Positions 41,575 through 53,985 of a DNA stretch of 64,000 nucleotides are shown here, piece by piece. The notes beneath the pieces are model-generated. The model was not told the origin of the DNA. It ran no database searches and worked only from the letters and a program-made list of their open reading frames with translations. Source of the DNA: Octopus vulgaris (taxonomy: Eukaryota); contig OX597822.1 in assembly GCA_951406725.2 (NCBI GenBank), forward strand, positions 12,710,001 through 12,774,000, written 5' to 3'. The translations under genes were made by a program, and so were the position numbers. Every line of letters begins with the position of its first letter. The stretch's first letter is position 1.

Positions 41575-42703
41575 TTCTATGTTTGACTTTTGCTTTATAT
41601 CTGTACAAGTTGGTTCCAAGTCTCACCCAGAGACCTCAAGAGACAACAGGTTGGAAGTTCATGTTGTTGTTATGCCTAGTGTGCCATATATTTTTTGTGG
41701 GGGGGGGGGGGGAGTTTTTGGTGTTGTACTAATGAATGTCTTAAAAAATTTTTTTTTTCTTTTTTTTTTTTTTAAACCGAAAATTATGTTTGTTTTAAAC
41801 CTTGAGATTACATAGAAAGTATTTTGCGTAGGATATGAGCAGTTCCCATGAGCACTATCTTTTGAATTTCTGCCATTTTGGGGTTTCCTGGTATCTGAGT
41901 TAGGTAGCTATCAGCCCTTTTGCTATCATTCCCAGGGCACCTATGACAACAGGTATTGTTTTAGTCTTTAGCTTCCACATTTTGCTGATTTCTATTTCAA
42001 GATCTTTATATTTGCTCAGTTTTTGGTAGGTCTTGACAGATACGTTTATATCGATTGGGACAGTCATATCAATGAGGAGGCATGTTCTTTGTTTGAAGTC
42101 TTTCAATATGATGTCTGGCCTATTTGCATCTATCTTTCTGTCAGTTTGAATGGTGAAGTTCCAGAGGAGTGAGATGGGGTCATTTTCAAGCACTGGGGGT
42201 GGTTTGTGTTCCCACCAGTTTTTTTCATGGGGCAAATCCAGGTTTTTGCAGATTACCCAGTGAATATATTTTGCAGCTCTATCGTGTCTGTTGAGATACT
42301 CTGTAGGCGCTAGGAGACTGCACTTGGAGACCACATGGTCAATGGTTCCATTTTGTTGCTGGCATACACGACACGTTGGACTGCTTCTGATCTTTAATAT
42401 GTTGGCCTGGTAGTTTATTGTTGGTAGGCATTGATCTTGAGCTGCTATGATAAACCCCTCTGTTTCAGATTTTAAGCCAGAGGCCATTAGCCATTGATGG
42501 GTCAGGGCTTTGTCAACATCTGCATTATTTGCTCTCTTTGGGTATTTGCCATAGAGAGGTTTTTCTTGCCATTTATCATTCGGAATATATAAGGCCGCAG
42601 ATTTAGCACGGGTTTTCATGCGCTTAGCCTTTTCTGTGCCTGTTTCTTGTATGTCTATCTCTAATTCCGAAATTTGTTGTATTCGGTATTCACTTAGATA
42701 TTC
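41575..42703 (-). mobile_element. R4/Dong-type non-LTR 3' fragment with CCHC finger and restriction-like endonuclease
   Basis: ORF 41900-42709 has GLKSETEGFIIAAQDQ, CRVC..TIDHVVSKC, RHD, NRPDIIL..IDMTVP and KLSKYKDL. The 3' UTR ends in (TAA)n. Confidence 0.93.
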
Positions 42704-42898
42704 CTCCACGAGGCTCCGGCAGGGGGTGGTGATCCCTGCTGTACTCTTTCAACACACTTTCTCTCACTCTTTCTTCTGTTGGCCTGCTCGCTTAGCCAGC
42801 GGGGTGGCGTCATTCGAAGGCTAAAGCAATGCGAACGCATTGTGACCAGCGATGTGTAACAACATCTGATGGTCTGGTCGGTCACGTGATCACGTGAT
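42704..42898 (+). mobile_element. SINE family B body with an alternative tail
   Basis: Starts with ctccacgaggctccggcaggggg, as in the 9128 copy. The tail ttggcctgctcgcttagccagc..tcacgtgat also occurs at ~1950-2062 and ~11238-11352. Confidence 0.75.
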
Positions 42899-44031
42899 AA
42901 TTAATGTAGATAAAAATTAATATATACATACATGAATACAGCGTCCTGATTTACAAAATTGACTCGACCATATGCTTTTATAGAGGAGATTGCTTGGAGA
43001 TGCAAGGCGTGTTATAGAACATGTGTAGAACCGCGTCTCCAAGCTACCATTAGTAGCTCATGTCTGTTTTACTATTTATATTGAATTATACATATATGCA
43101 TATATACATATATGGTGAGTGAAACTGCGCTTGCGCGTTGAATTTGAAAAATTATGATGTATAACGAAGAGACACATGTTACTCGTCTCTCAATTATATG
43201 TTAGTGTTATGGCGCGGTCACTGATGAAAAATTCCCCTCGCAAAATATTTTATTTGCTAAAAAAGTTTAGAAACCTTGGTTTGACCGGAATAAAAATAAC
43301 AAGGTAAAAGTTTTTATCTTTCATTCCTTTTGAAGATTGCTCTTAAATGTAGTTTTTGTCGTTTCGTCTACTTCTAGCGTGTAAAAACTGCCTGTTGAAG
43401 GCAGTTATCTCTTGTGTTTAAATGTACACTACTTTATATTGAAAATATGTTGTCTATTGATTTTTATACATAGTAGGCCACTGGTAGTGGATTTTATAAA
43501 AAAAGCTCACTACCCTATATATATTTTTCGCATATACATATATGTATGTATGTATATCTATGTATACATATATATATATGTGGGTGGGTGTGTGTGTGTG
43601 TGTGTGTGTGTATACTCATGCATACACCAAGGGAGAGAGGGAGAGACAGAGAAGGGGAAATATAAGTAAGTAAGGAAGATTTACAAATTGATATGCAGAC
43701 ATTTTATCTAAACGTGGAAAATGATATAATTTTTTTTCTTCAGCTTTACTATTTATGAATTTAATTTCTTGAGGCATATTCAAAAAGGAAACCATGTGTG
43801 GAGTAATAATAAGAAGTATTCCTCTTTGGTATTGTTATAGAAAGCGAAGTCTATTACGGATTCCTGACATTCTTAAACTAATGTGCCAAAATTCTCTTTA
43901 GTTTTTAGTGATTCTTTTTCAATTCTGAAAAACTTCCATTTTCGATTTTTCCAATTTTCTTTGAAATTGGTTCCATTATTTTCTAATTTCATCCTTGGTT
44001 ACTTTTATGTGTGACTAGGAAATTATATATG

Positions 44032-44089
<58 letters not shown>

Positions 44090-44343
44090 CATATACATAT
44101 ATGTATATATATATATATATATACATTTACATATATATATATATGCGTGTGTATGTGTGTGTGTGTGCGTGTGTAACTGTCAATATCTAAGTGACATTTC
44201 TTTTTCACAAAGTACATTTGAACTCGTCAGTAAAATTATTATCCATTTAAATCACTCAAGATACGTTACGGCAAAAGATATAAACATATGTATATAACAG
44301 AAAGGAATGTAGTTGCATCATACATAGAATATATACACGTACA

Positions 44344-44382
<39 letters not shown>

Positions 44383-45201
44383 GTGTATGTGTGTTGATAT
44401 ATAAGCATATATATATGTATACATGTATATATATTTATAAGTATATAATTATATATAAGTAGATATATATATACATATATTAATAATAATAATATGACAA
44501 CAAAAGAGTGAATGAGATCTCGATATTATGTAAATAGAGAAACATGTCTATAGATATAATATGTCACATTTATTTGGTTGTCCTAAAACTCAGAGTTTTG
44601 TGTGCCGGGTCTGAAGTCTTAATAACTGATGAGATGCTGGAGCATTTATAATTTTTTTATTTTGATAAGCCTGGAACTCATTCTCTCGCTCTCATCTTGT
44701 CAAATCAGTAAGTTATGGGGATATAAATAAAGCAACACTTGTTGTCAAGCTGTGATGAGGGAGAAATACAGACACAAAGACACACACATTCATTTACATA
44801 TGTACATGTATACAGGATGGATTTCTTTCAGTTTCTGACTAGCAAATCCACACACAAGTCTTTGGTTGATCTGAGGCACACGCCAGTTTGTCACAAAGTG
44901 GGACTGAACCCAATACCAGGTGATTCGAACAAAGTTTCTTACTACATGTAGAGGCGCAATGGCCTAGTGGTTAGGGCAGCGGACTCGCGGTCGCAGGATC
45001 GCAGTTTCGATTCTCAGACCGGGCGTTGTGTGTGTTTATTGAGCGAAAACACCTAAAAAGCTCTACGAGGCTCCGGCAGGGGGTGGTGATCCCTGCTGTA
45101 CTCTTTCACCACAATGGCGGTGCCCCAGCATGGCCACAGCTCAAGAGCTGAAACTAGAAAAACAAAACAAAAACAAACAAACACAACAACACCTACACCT
45201 T

Positions 45202-45267
<66 letters not shown>

Positions 45268-45274
45268 TACATGT

Positions 45275-45333
<59 letters not shown>

Positions 45334-46637
45334 CATATATATATGTATATATGTATGTGTACGTAAATAAGTATGTTAATGTATATTTGTACGTATATAT
45401 AAATATAAGTATTATGTATATATGTGTACATATATATATGTATATATATATACATATAAATCTATATATATATACATATATACTATACATCTATACACAC
45501 CTATATATATATATATATATTTATATACATATACATGTATATATATATATACATGTATATATATATATATATATATACACACACATATATATATATATAT
45601 TTATGTACATATACATATATCTTTTCTAATCAAGGCACAAGGACCGGGGGTTAGACGATTAGATCACCCCCAGTACGCAACTGGTACTTAATTTATCGAC
45701 CCCAAAAGGATGAAAGGCAAAGTCGACCTCGGCGACATACGCAGACAGACATACATACAAACACATAAACACTCATATATATATATCCATATACTTATTG
45801 CCTGCATATATACCTGCATCCCTATGTATATACATCTGCAATATCTTATATGCTTTTACGTAATACGTATCGTAATACGTATCCACGCACACGCGCGCAC
45901 ACACATACATATATATACATTTATATGTAAATGTAAAAGTATACATATATATACACATACGTATAAATACTTGAGTGTGTTTGTGTGCGCACCTATATAG
46001 ATATATCCCTACATACACACACACACACACACATACACAAAACACATATATGAAAATACATATATATATATATATTTCCTTTGTTACTCATTTTCTTTCT
46101 CTTCTCCCCCTCATTAATTTCTTTGTCCCCCTTTTCCTCTCTCTTCTCTTCTCACGTGACCGCTGGCCGACTACTGGACTCTTTGCGTTTGGTAACATCA
46201 ACAACTTACTTCTGGGCCGTAAGGCTTAAACTCCACACACGCCAGCTGAATTCAATTCGTTTTCACGTCGAAAGACGCCTGTTGTGATGTCCTGTTATTA
46301 TTATTATTATTGTTTTTTCGTATTACTTTTGTGATTATATTCGTGTAACATCGTCCATTTTCCCGTCCTTGTTTCGTATACATTCGAAGCTTTTTTCCAA
46401 GAAATCTAATGCTCGTAGCTTACTTTTTCCTTGGTGTTGGCCAGATTGTAGCAATCTCAAGATTAATCAGCCGAAATTGCGAGGATGATCCGGTTCTTGA
46501 CTGAAGATTACAGGCTTCGAATGACCCGTCCGTGTTTTTTGTATCGTCTTCTGGACGTTTTGCGCTCTTGTCCAATCTTGTATTTTTTTACATATATATA
46601 TATATATATATATAGCAGCGTATGTACACTATGTTCT

Positions 46638-46689
<52 letters not shown>

Positions 46690-47004
46690 GATAATATTAG
46701 GGAGTAAATCCAAACTTACAGGGAAAGATTAGATTTAGGATTAAATCTAATTTCACAGCATAAATATAAATTAAATTAGAGATAAAACCACCATTAGGCA
46801 AATCAAACAGTGAAAAACATAGACTAAAACATAAAAATAAAAATGATTAATAAAATATACAAAATATGTTAAAAATATAAAATTTAAAAATTAAATTATT
46901 TAAATTTAGAATTATTAATTTATATTTATAAATTTTTATACTTCTTAAAATATTATCTGTAATTTGATTTTTATATATATATATATATATGTATATACAC
47001 ACAC

Positions 47005-47498
47005 ATATGAGTAAATATTCAGTAGTGAATATTTATATTATTGATATTATTATTGACATTATTATTGATATTACTATCTTCGGTAATATAAATAGTTGAT
47101 AAATGCAACAACAATAATATAGATGGTTGCAGGCCTAAAATACCTTGAGATAGCAAGAGAATAAAAGTCTATATCAACCATAAAGGCGTAGAAGACACCT
47201 GCCTGCTAGAAAGGTGTGTTGAAACCCTCACTTAAACTACCAATAACACTGAAAAGCACTACAAAATCAGTGTTTTTCGTGGTTTAAGTGAAGGTTTTAT
47301 CTCATCTAGCAGTTAGGAGCTTCGTTTACCTTTATGATTGATATATATTTTAATTCTCTAGCTAATTCTCTAGCTAGTTTAGGCCTACAACCATCTATAT
47401 TATTGTTGTTGCATTTATCAACCATTTATATTACCGCAGATAATGATAACAACAATAATACTTATATAAATATTTACTTCTGAATATTTAATCATATA
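47005..47498. repeat. ~490-bp imperfect palindrome (foldback)
   Basis: Arms of ~245 bp around aacactga-aaagcactacaaaa-tcagtgtt (centre ~47258); for example ttgataaatgcaacaacaataatatagatggttg is mirrored at ~47388-47421. Confidence 0.9.
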
Positions 47499-47830
47499 TA
47501 TATATATATTTATTTATTTATTTATTTCCGTGAGAGTTAGAGCACACTCAACATCCAAACTATATCTAGGCATTATTACAGAACACTGAAGAGATGGAGG
47601 TAGCACGGATGATATCGCGGCCTCTTGGCCGAAACAGTGATAAGGAACTGATCTTTTTAATATTTTACACTTTTATGTATTACTTGTACATATTTTGTGT
47701 AGCATCAGCCTTTGCATGTGCATGTATTCTTATAATACTTCCGTATGTTTTATAATAAATAGACGTAATAGAATGTCCACCGACTGATGTATGTCATTTT
47801 CTTATCCCCTTCGTTTTCTTTTTTGCCGTG

Positions 47831-47960
<130 letters not shown>

Positions 47961-47970
47961 TATAGATATG

Positions 47971-48005
<35 letters not shown>

Positions 48006-48416
48006 CATACATACATACATACATAAAATATTTCGCGAAATATCTTCCGGCTATTTATTTTCTGATGTCAAATATCACCGAGATGGCTTTGCGTTTCATT
48101 CTTTCGAAGTCGATTAAATAATTCTTAATTGAACACCGGGAACAATGGAATAGATTCGACTTTCATTTATATTCATTTTATATTCATAATTACTGACCTT
48201 CTGCTAAAACCTCGCAAGAAAGAATTATTATCTATATTAAATAAATATTTTCACTTACGTTATATAACAAATGATTTGAATAAATTCTAATGTTTATTTG
48301 ACTGAAGACATTTTCTTATTTTGAGACATATTTCTGTTTGACGTCATTTCAATCGAAATCTTTCAACAGAGAAAATGAAATGCGGTTAAAAATATTTCTT
48401 CTTCTAAACCGTATGG

Positions 48417-49432
48417 TTGCTGTTTGACAACGGGGAAAAGGCTCGGCTGTTTGCGAGTCAGCCTTTAGATGGCAAGGAAATCCTGTTTCTCCCGTCATAT
48501 TGTGGAAGAAAATTAATACGAGCCTGGTTATGTGGGCTCCCCCCGGGCACCGAAGCGGATTGGATTGAAGATACCATCCGACGGGGATTGGGGGATGGCG
48601 GGCCCAGACTCATAAATGTAAGAGTATTGCCGGCGGTCGATTGGGAAGGGTCAAAAGCGATTTTGACACTGTGGACCCCATCGGCCGCAACAGAACTGGT
48701 TTTACCAGATTTCTTGAAAATGGCTGGCTGCAGGTATCCGGTGATACTTGAGGGACGTCTCCCAAAGTGTCACTCGTGCCTGCAGCCAGGCCACATTAAA
48801 AGGAACTGCCCCCAGAACCATGGTAAGGTCCTGGAACAGTCACTAGATGCCACCTCCCCTACCCGGTCAAAGGGAGAGGTGGATGTGGTCGAGGAGGCTT
48901 CAGCCTCCTCAACTCAAAAAGGATTAAAAAGGAAGAAGGCGGGCAAGAATAGTTGCCCGCCGAAGGAACCTAAGGCTTCGGGAGGCGGGGGAGAGTCTCC
49001 GGACAAAGCGGAAGAGCTCCAATCTCCCGAAGTCAGGAAGAAAAGAAAAAAAGAAGGAAGAAGAACGGGTTATCTCAGCGGGGAGATAACGTGCCGACTG
49101 CATGTCCGGAAGTTGTGCCACCCACGGTGGAAGAAACCACCCCACCCTTAAAGGGCGGGGAGGTGGAAAAAATAGTAGAAGAACATAAAGAAACAGTACA
49201 TATGCCCTTCACACGGGATCCCGAATGGCCTCCGCAGATAGCTGTGGAGGTCATAAGGTTTCCTTTGTGGGAAAGGCTTAAAGGATTTGGGGAGGAGTGT
49301 CGCATATGGCCGGGTGGCCCTTACATGACTTACATGTCCTACATGAGTGAGGCATGGGAAATGGCGGGATACAGGAACTCAAGCAGCATTGAAGATAATG
49401 ATGAATATATCGATGGATATATCGAAGAGTAG
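48417..49432 (+). CDS. Gag-like/LINE ORF1 protein with CCHC zinc knuckle; 5'-truncated, one frameshift near 49050
   Basis: CHSCLQPGHIKRNC (CX2CX4HX4C), preceded by an RRM-like segment and followed by a basic/acidic tail. It forms a GC-rich island with a short 3' UTR and an A-tail at 49597-49605. Confidence 0.75.
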
Positions 49433-51161
49433 GAGGTGAAAGACCCTCGTTACAGGGTTTGAAACCTCATCTTATTGAATTATTTTTTAGTGGTTTATAA
49501 CCTCAATTTTGTGTTTTAAGAAAGAAAAAAAAATATGTTAAGTAAGAGGTTTTAGTGCCTCCTCCTTGTAAAAGGTTCGAAACCTTATATTGATTTAAAA
49601 AAAAAGAAAATATGTTTTCGAGAAAAATCCATTCGGTGGGTGTCGGGTATCGTCTCTCATTTATTCATTATAATTCATTTTCATTCATTAATGAATTTGT
49701 CCAGCCCGCGAAGCTCTTTGTACTGTCTATATGACAAATTTATGAAATAAACAAGTTATATGTACATAAATATAGATGTGTGTGTGTGTGTGTTCAGCAG
49801 AAGTAACCGCTGGACTAAGTATCAGACTTACAAAAAGTAAAACAATAAAAATAATAATAACAATAATAAACGTTTAAAATAAGTACTGGTGGTCGATTCT
49901 TTCGACTGAAATTCTTCAGGACGGTGCCCCAGTATGGCCGCAGTCTCAAGACTAAAACACGTAGAAGACAAAACGAAGAAATGATAACATTTTATTATTA
50001 TCTCATAATCCGCTGAGTCCTTTCATAAATAAGGGCACAATTGTCATTTCTCTTCATGTCTGTAATTCTTTACATGTCCATAAATCCAACATCTGATTTA
50101 CAGATATCCTTGACTGCATTCAGTATAGCTCTGAGATATCCCACCGATTCTAAGATACATAAGTACTTCCTTCTACAAACATTCACCGACACGCACGTGC
50201 ACGCACTCACACACACACACACATACACATACACACACGTGTAGCCCTTTCGATGGATTAATATAGTACAATGCTTTTTCTATCAGAGTTCTAAAAATTA
50301 TTAGGGTATCTACGTTTTATGTTTGACATTATCCGTAGAGATTTTCCCTGAATGAAATATAAACTCTAGGCTAAGACAAACAAAACCGCTTTCCTGACTG
50401 TATACAGAATCCAATTGAATCACATACTTTATATTCAGATTTGCTATACCATTCGGGATAGAGGCAATTAGAAAAGGCAACCCTCTTCCAATAACAGCCT
50501 AACGTTTTGATTTTAGCAATCAATTCAACGTCACCAGCCAACATACAACAGTATAGTGTTTGTTGATTTCTAGATCATTAATAGAGATGTCAGTGATAGT
50601 GGTAAATGTTCATAAACTGAAATTCTAAAACAATGTTCTATGATTGCAAACATGCGCATTATTACAAATAATTGGCACCGTGTAACACTGTCATTGCTGC
50701 CGTCCCTACCACTAGCAACATGGCCGCTATCACTATCAACAACACGAAGTAATATTCAGTACTGCCCTAAACCAAATGCACACTGAGCAGTTTCCCATAG
50801 ACCTTTCGACTCTAGAGGCTTAAGGTTCATATGTGCTATGTGCATTGGTATCACTAATATAGTTACCTGTGCTTTGCTAGTGCCGGGAATACTTGCTGCT
50901 GTCGAAATGAAGCAGGATACAGATTTCCGAGATAAAGACTTTGATAACCAGCTGATCTAGCAAGCGGAGACGCAAATCAGTGAAGAGGGCCGGTGCACAT
51001 TGATGCCGTCGACAGGTAGGCCACCGAAACGGCGCGCATTCTCTCCTGATGACCCCATACACATGCTGGCTTCCGGTATGCGGAGTTTTTGACTGGTAGC
51101 ACTTGCATGTGCAAGTTGTTTGCAAGACATCTAATGGTCAGATTTGGAATGCTGCTTTGGT

Positions 51162-51223
<62 letters not shown>

Positions 51224-51263
51224 TATGTATGTATGTATATGCATGTATGTATGTATATGCATG

Positions 51264-51295
<32 letters not shown>

Positions 51296-51342
51296 TATAT
51301 ACATATATACGTATGTATACATATATCCATATATATACATAT

Positions 51343-51393
<51 letters not shown>

Positions 51394-51929
51394 CATACAT
51401 ATATATTTGCATGTATAAATAGGCATACGTAGTAGGCTTACAATAATAGCAAACTAATTTTTTCCTAGATTGAAAACAACCGAAATCGATTTTCGCCGCT
51501 AATTGACGTCTTATCAGAAGTTTCTACATCACATGACCTAGCACAGAGAAATAAGTGGCCAATCAATTTATATACACATCAAATCTTGTTGCTTCAAAGA
51601 ACTGGAACTTCTAACTTCTAACTACTATATAAGTTTCAACAATTACACACACACCTGCACATATATATATATACACACACACACACCCATATACATATAT
51701 GTACAAAGTACTGTTGTTTAGTTCACAGGTGATCTAAACAATTAGGTACGCTAGGTAAGTGCTGTAACGGATTATTGTATATCACTTGAGATGTTTGCCA
51801 TGACTTAATGTTTGACGTCCTGTTTACCAATTATATATATATATATATATAAGCGTGCACGCACACACACACACACTCAGACACACACTAACATACACTC
51901 ACCCATCCATATGTCTCTCTCTATATATT

Positions 51930-51960
<31 letters not shown>

Positions 51961-52017
51961 ATAAATATATATTCATATATATGCATATACATATATATAT
52001 ATACATACATACATACA

Positions 52018-52053
<36 letters not shown>

Positions 52054-52059
52054 TATATT

Positions 52060-52646
52060 TTACATTATTTACATTTGTCGAATATTTGTCCTCATCTTTG
52101 TTGTTAAAACATTTTGGCTGATCTACTCTCCAGCTTTCATCGGGTGTCTTAGGGAAATTTCTTACCTGGGTTCTCATTCTTAAGGTATTTTTCGATGTTA
52201 TCATTATCATTATCATTGAGAGAGCAGTGCATGCCATCAAAGTGACACTGGGGTAATATATACGAAGCCCAGTATACCCATCATGACTACCCGTCTGATA
52301 AGGGTACTCCAGGCACATGCATCACAACCATATGTGCACGACATGGTGATCTCATATCAAGATGAACAGTACAAGGCCTTGCAGGTAGGGCCCTGTTAGA
52401 ATTTTCTTCCGTTCGAGTAACCCATCCCGTACAAAAGGTCCCTGAATAAGGTTTGTTTAAAGATGTTGAACGAAGCACCCATGTTTCCAGAAGTGAATTA
52501 TTCAAACCCCAAAGAATCCCTCTCAGCACATGGCTATGATGCTCCTCCACTACTTCTACTCATGATCAGAAATGCACATTATTATTATTAATATTATTAT
52601 TATTATTATTATTATTATAATTATTATTATGATTATTATTATTATT

Positions 52647-52697
<51 letters not shown>

Positions 52698-52777
52698 ATT
52701 ATTATTACTATTATTAGTATCATTTACATTATTATTATTATTTACATTATTACTCAGGTCACTGCTTGGAATCGAAA
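52060..52777 (-). mobile_element. Second, degenerate tRNA-head/(AAT)n/hammerhead element, interrupted by the 550-bp repeat (52218-52578)
   Basis: Partial head tcaggtcactgcttggaatcgaa (52755-52777). The tail 52060-52200 is homologous to 33795-33945, with the core mutated to CCGATGA. Confidence 0.7.
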
Positions 52778-53413
52778 TAACGTACATAATTCCTCATCTC
52801 TTAACTATATACGGCTGTTATATTGTATATCATAAAGTTGTTTGCTCAGGGTTGATCTGTTGCTAAACAAATGCAATGACGTCAGCGCTAATATAACTGG
52901 AATTGGTCAAAAGACATGACGTACAGTGAAGATCTATCTTAGTATGTTGAATATTAATTTGATTTAGATTTTCTGGAATTAGACATGACATTTTGCTCTA
53001 AATTATTAAGCACGTTGATCTCACAGCTGAATTGATGCATACTCTTTAATTAGCTCTCCAGGTGGCTCAGGTTGCTTGTGTATGTGTAAAGTTTGAAATC
53101 ATTATATAGAAAAGTCATATAATTGGTCTACACCTTGTTAAACACTAGTGTATTTGAAACTTCCTCTTTGTTTCTTCTTCTTCGTTATCGTCTTCATCAT
53201 AATATAATTCTGTTAGTGTACTATTAGAACTATGAAATCGGCAGTTGTGTCATTTTACGCTCTGTGTTCGAATCTCACTAAAGTCGTCTCTGCTTTTCAT
53301 GTTAACATTTGATAAAATAAAGCATTAGTTAGGCACTGGTTTTAGAAGTACTGATTAACTGCCTCCCTCGAAGACTGGTGGTCTTGCGGTTCAATCATGA
53401 TGATGTTGATGAC

Positions 53414-53473
<60 letters not shown>

Positions 53474-53820
53474 AAATAACTTGATAAACTACCATGTAGT
53501 GGTTCCTATGGCATCTACTCATAATGTTTTCTCTTCGTATAAAAGACGGGCTGCATCAAATATTCTGGTCAATACCACAGATCTGCTTGTCAGGTTGTTG
53601 ACCCTAAGCAGTTGAGCATCTCCCTTAGTGGCCGACAGTATGTGCATCACTCATCACGTGCGACAGTAGCGGAGAGGCATCAGAGCCATGTGTTGAGAGG
53701 AATTATTTGGGGCTTGAAAGATTCACTCCTATAAACATGGGTACTTCATTCATCATCGTTAAACAATCCTGCACGCTACGACAGTCGCAAACATGCACCT
53801 GTACCACCTCCAAACTAGCC

Positions 53821-53985
53821 TGTAACTCCAATACCATAACAGTTGCCCTCTAGAAGGAGCCAGTCTCTCAGGGGCTGTAGTATATGCAGTCACCTTTACA
53901 CCATCCGATGGCATCATATTGCACTATACAGGCATGACGGCCAATGATTTCAAGGGTAAGTACACACAACATATCCGTCTTTAGT
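53821..53985 (+). pseudogene. Penelope-like element GIY-YIG endonuclease fragment
   Basis: CN(frameshift)..NSCPLEGASLSGAVVYAVTFTPSDGIILHYTGMTANDFKGKYTQH matches the PLE pattern CNC..CPLxGxCL..VVY..YxGxT..FKxR..H. Confidence 0.75.

Noticed and set aside
47585-47640. CTGAAGAG..CGAAAC hammerhead candidate
   Set aside because: Stems I and III and the NUH site cannot be paired convincingly; at best a highly degenerate remnant.
48385-49620. TSD around the ORF1-only element
   Set aside because: Only a weak aaaatat match in A-rich sequence; not distinguishable from chance.
51020-51058. GAAAC..CTGATGA type II hammerhead candidate
   Set aside because: No complementary stems flank the core.
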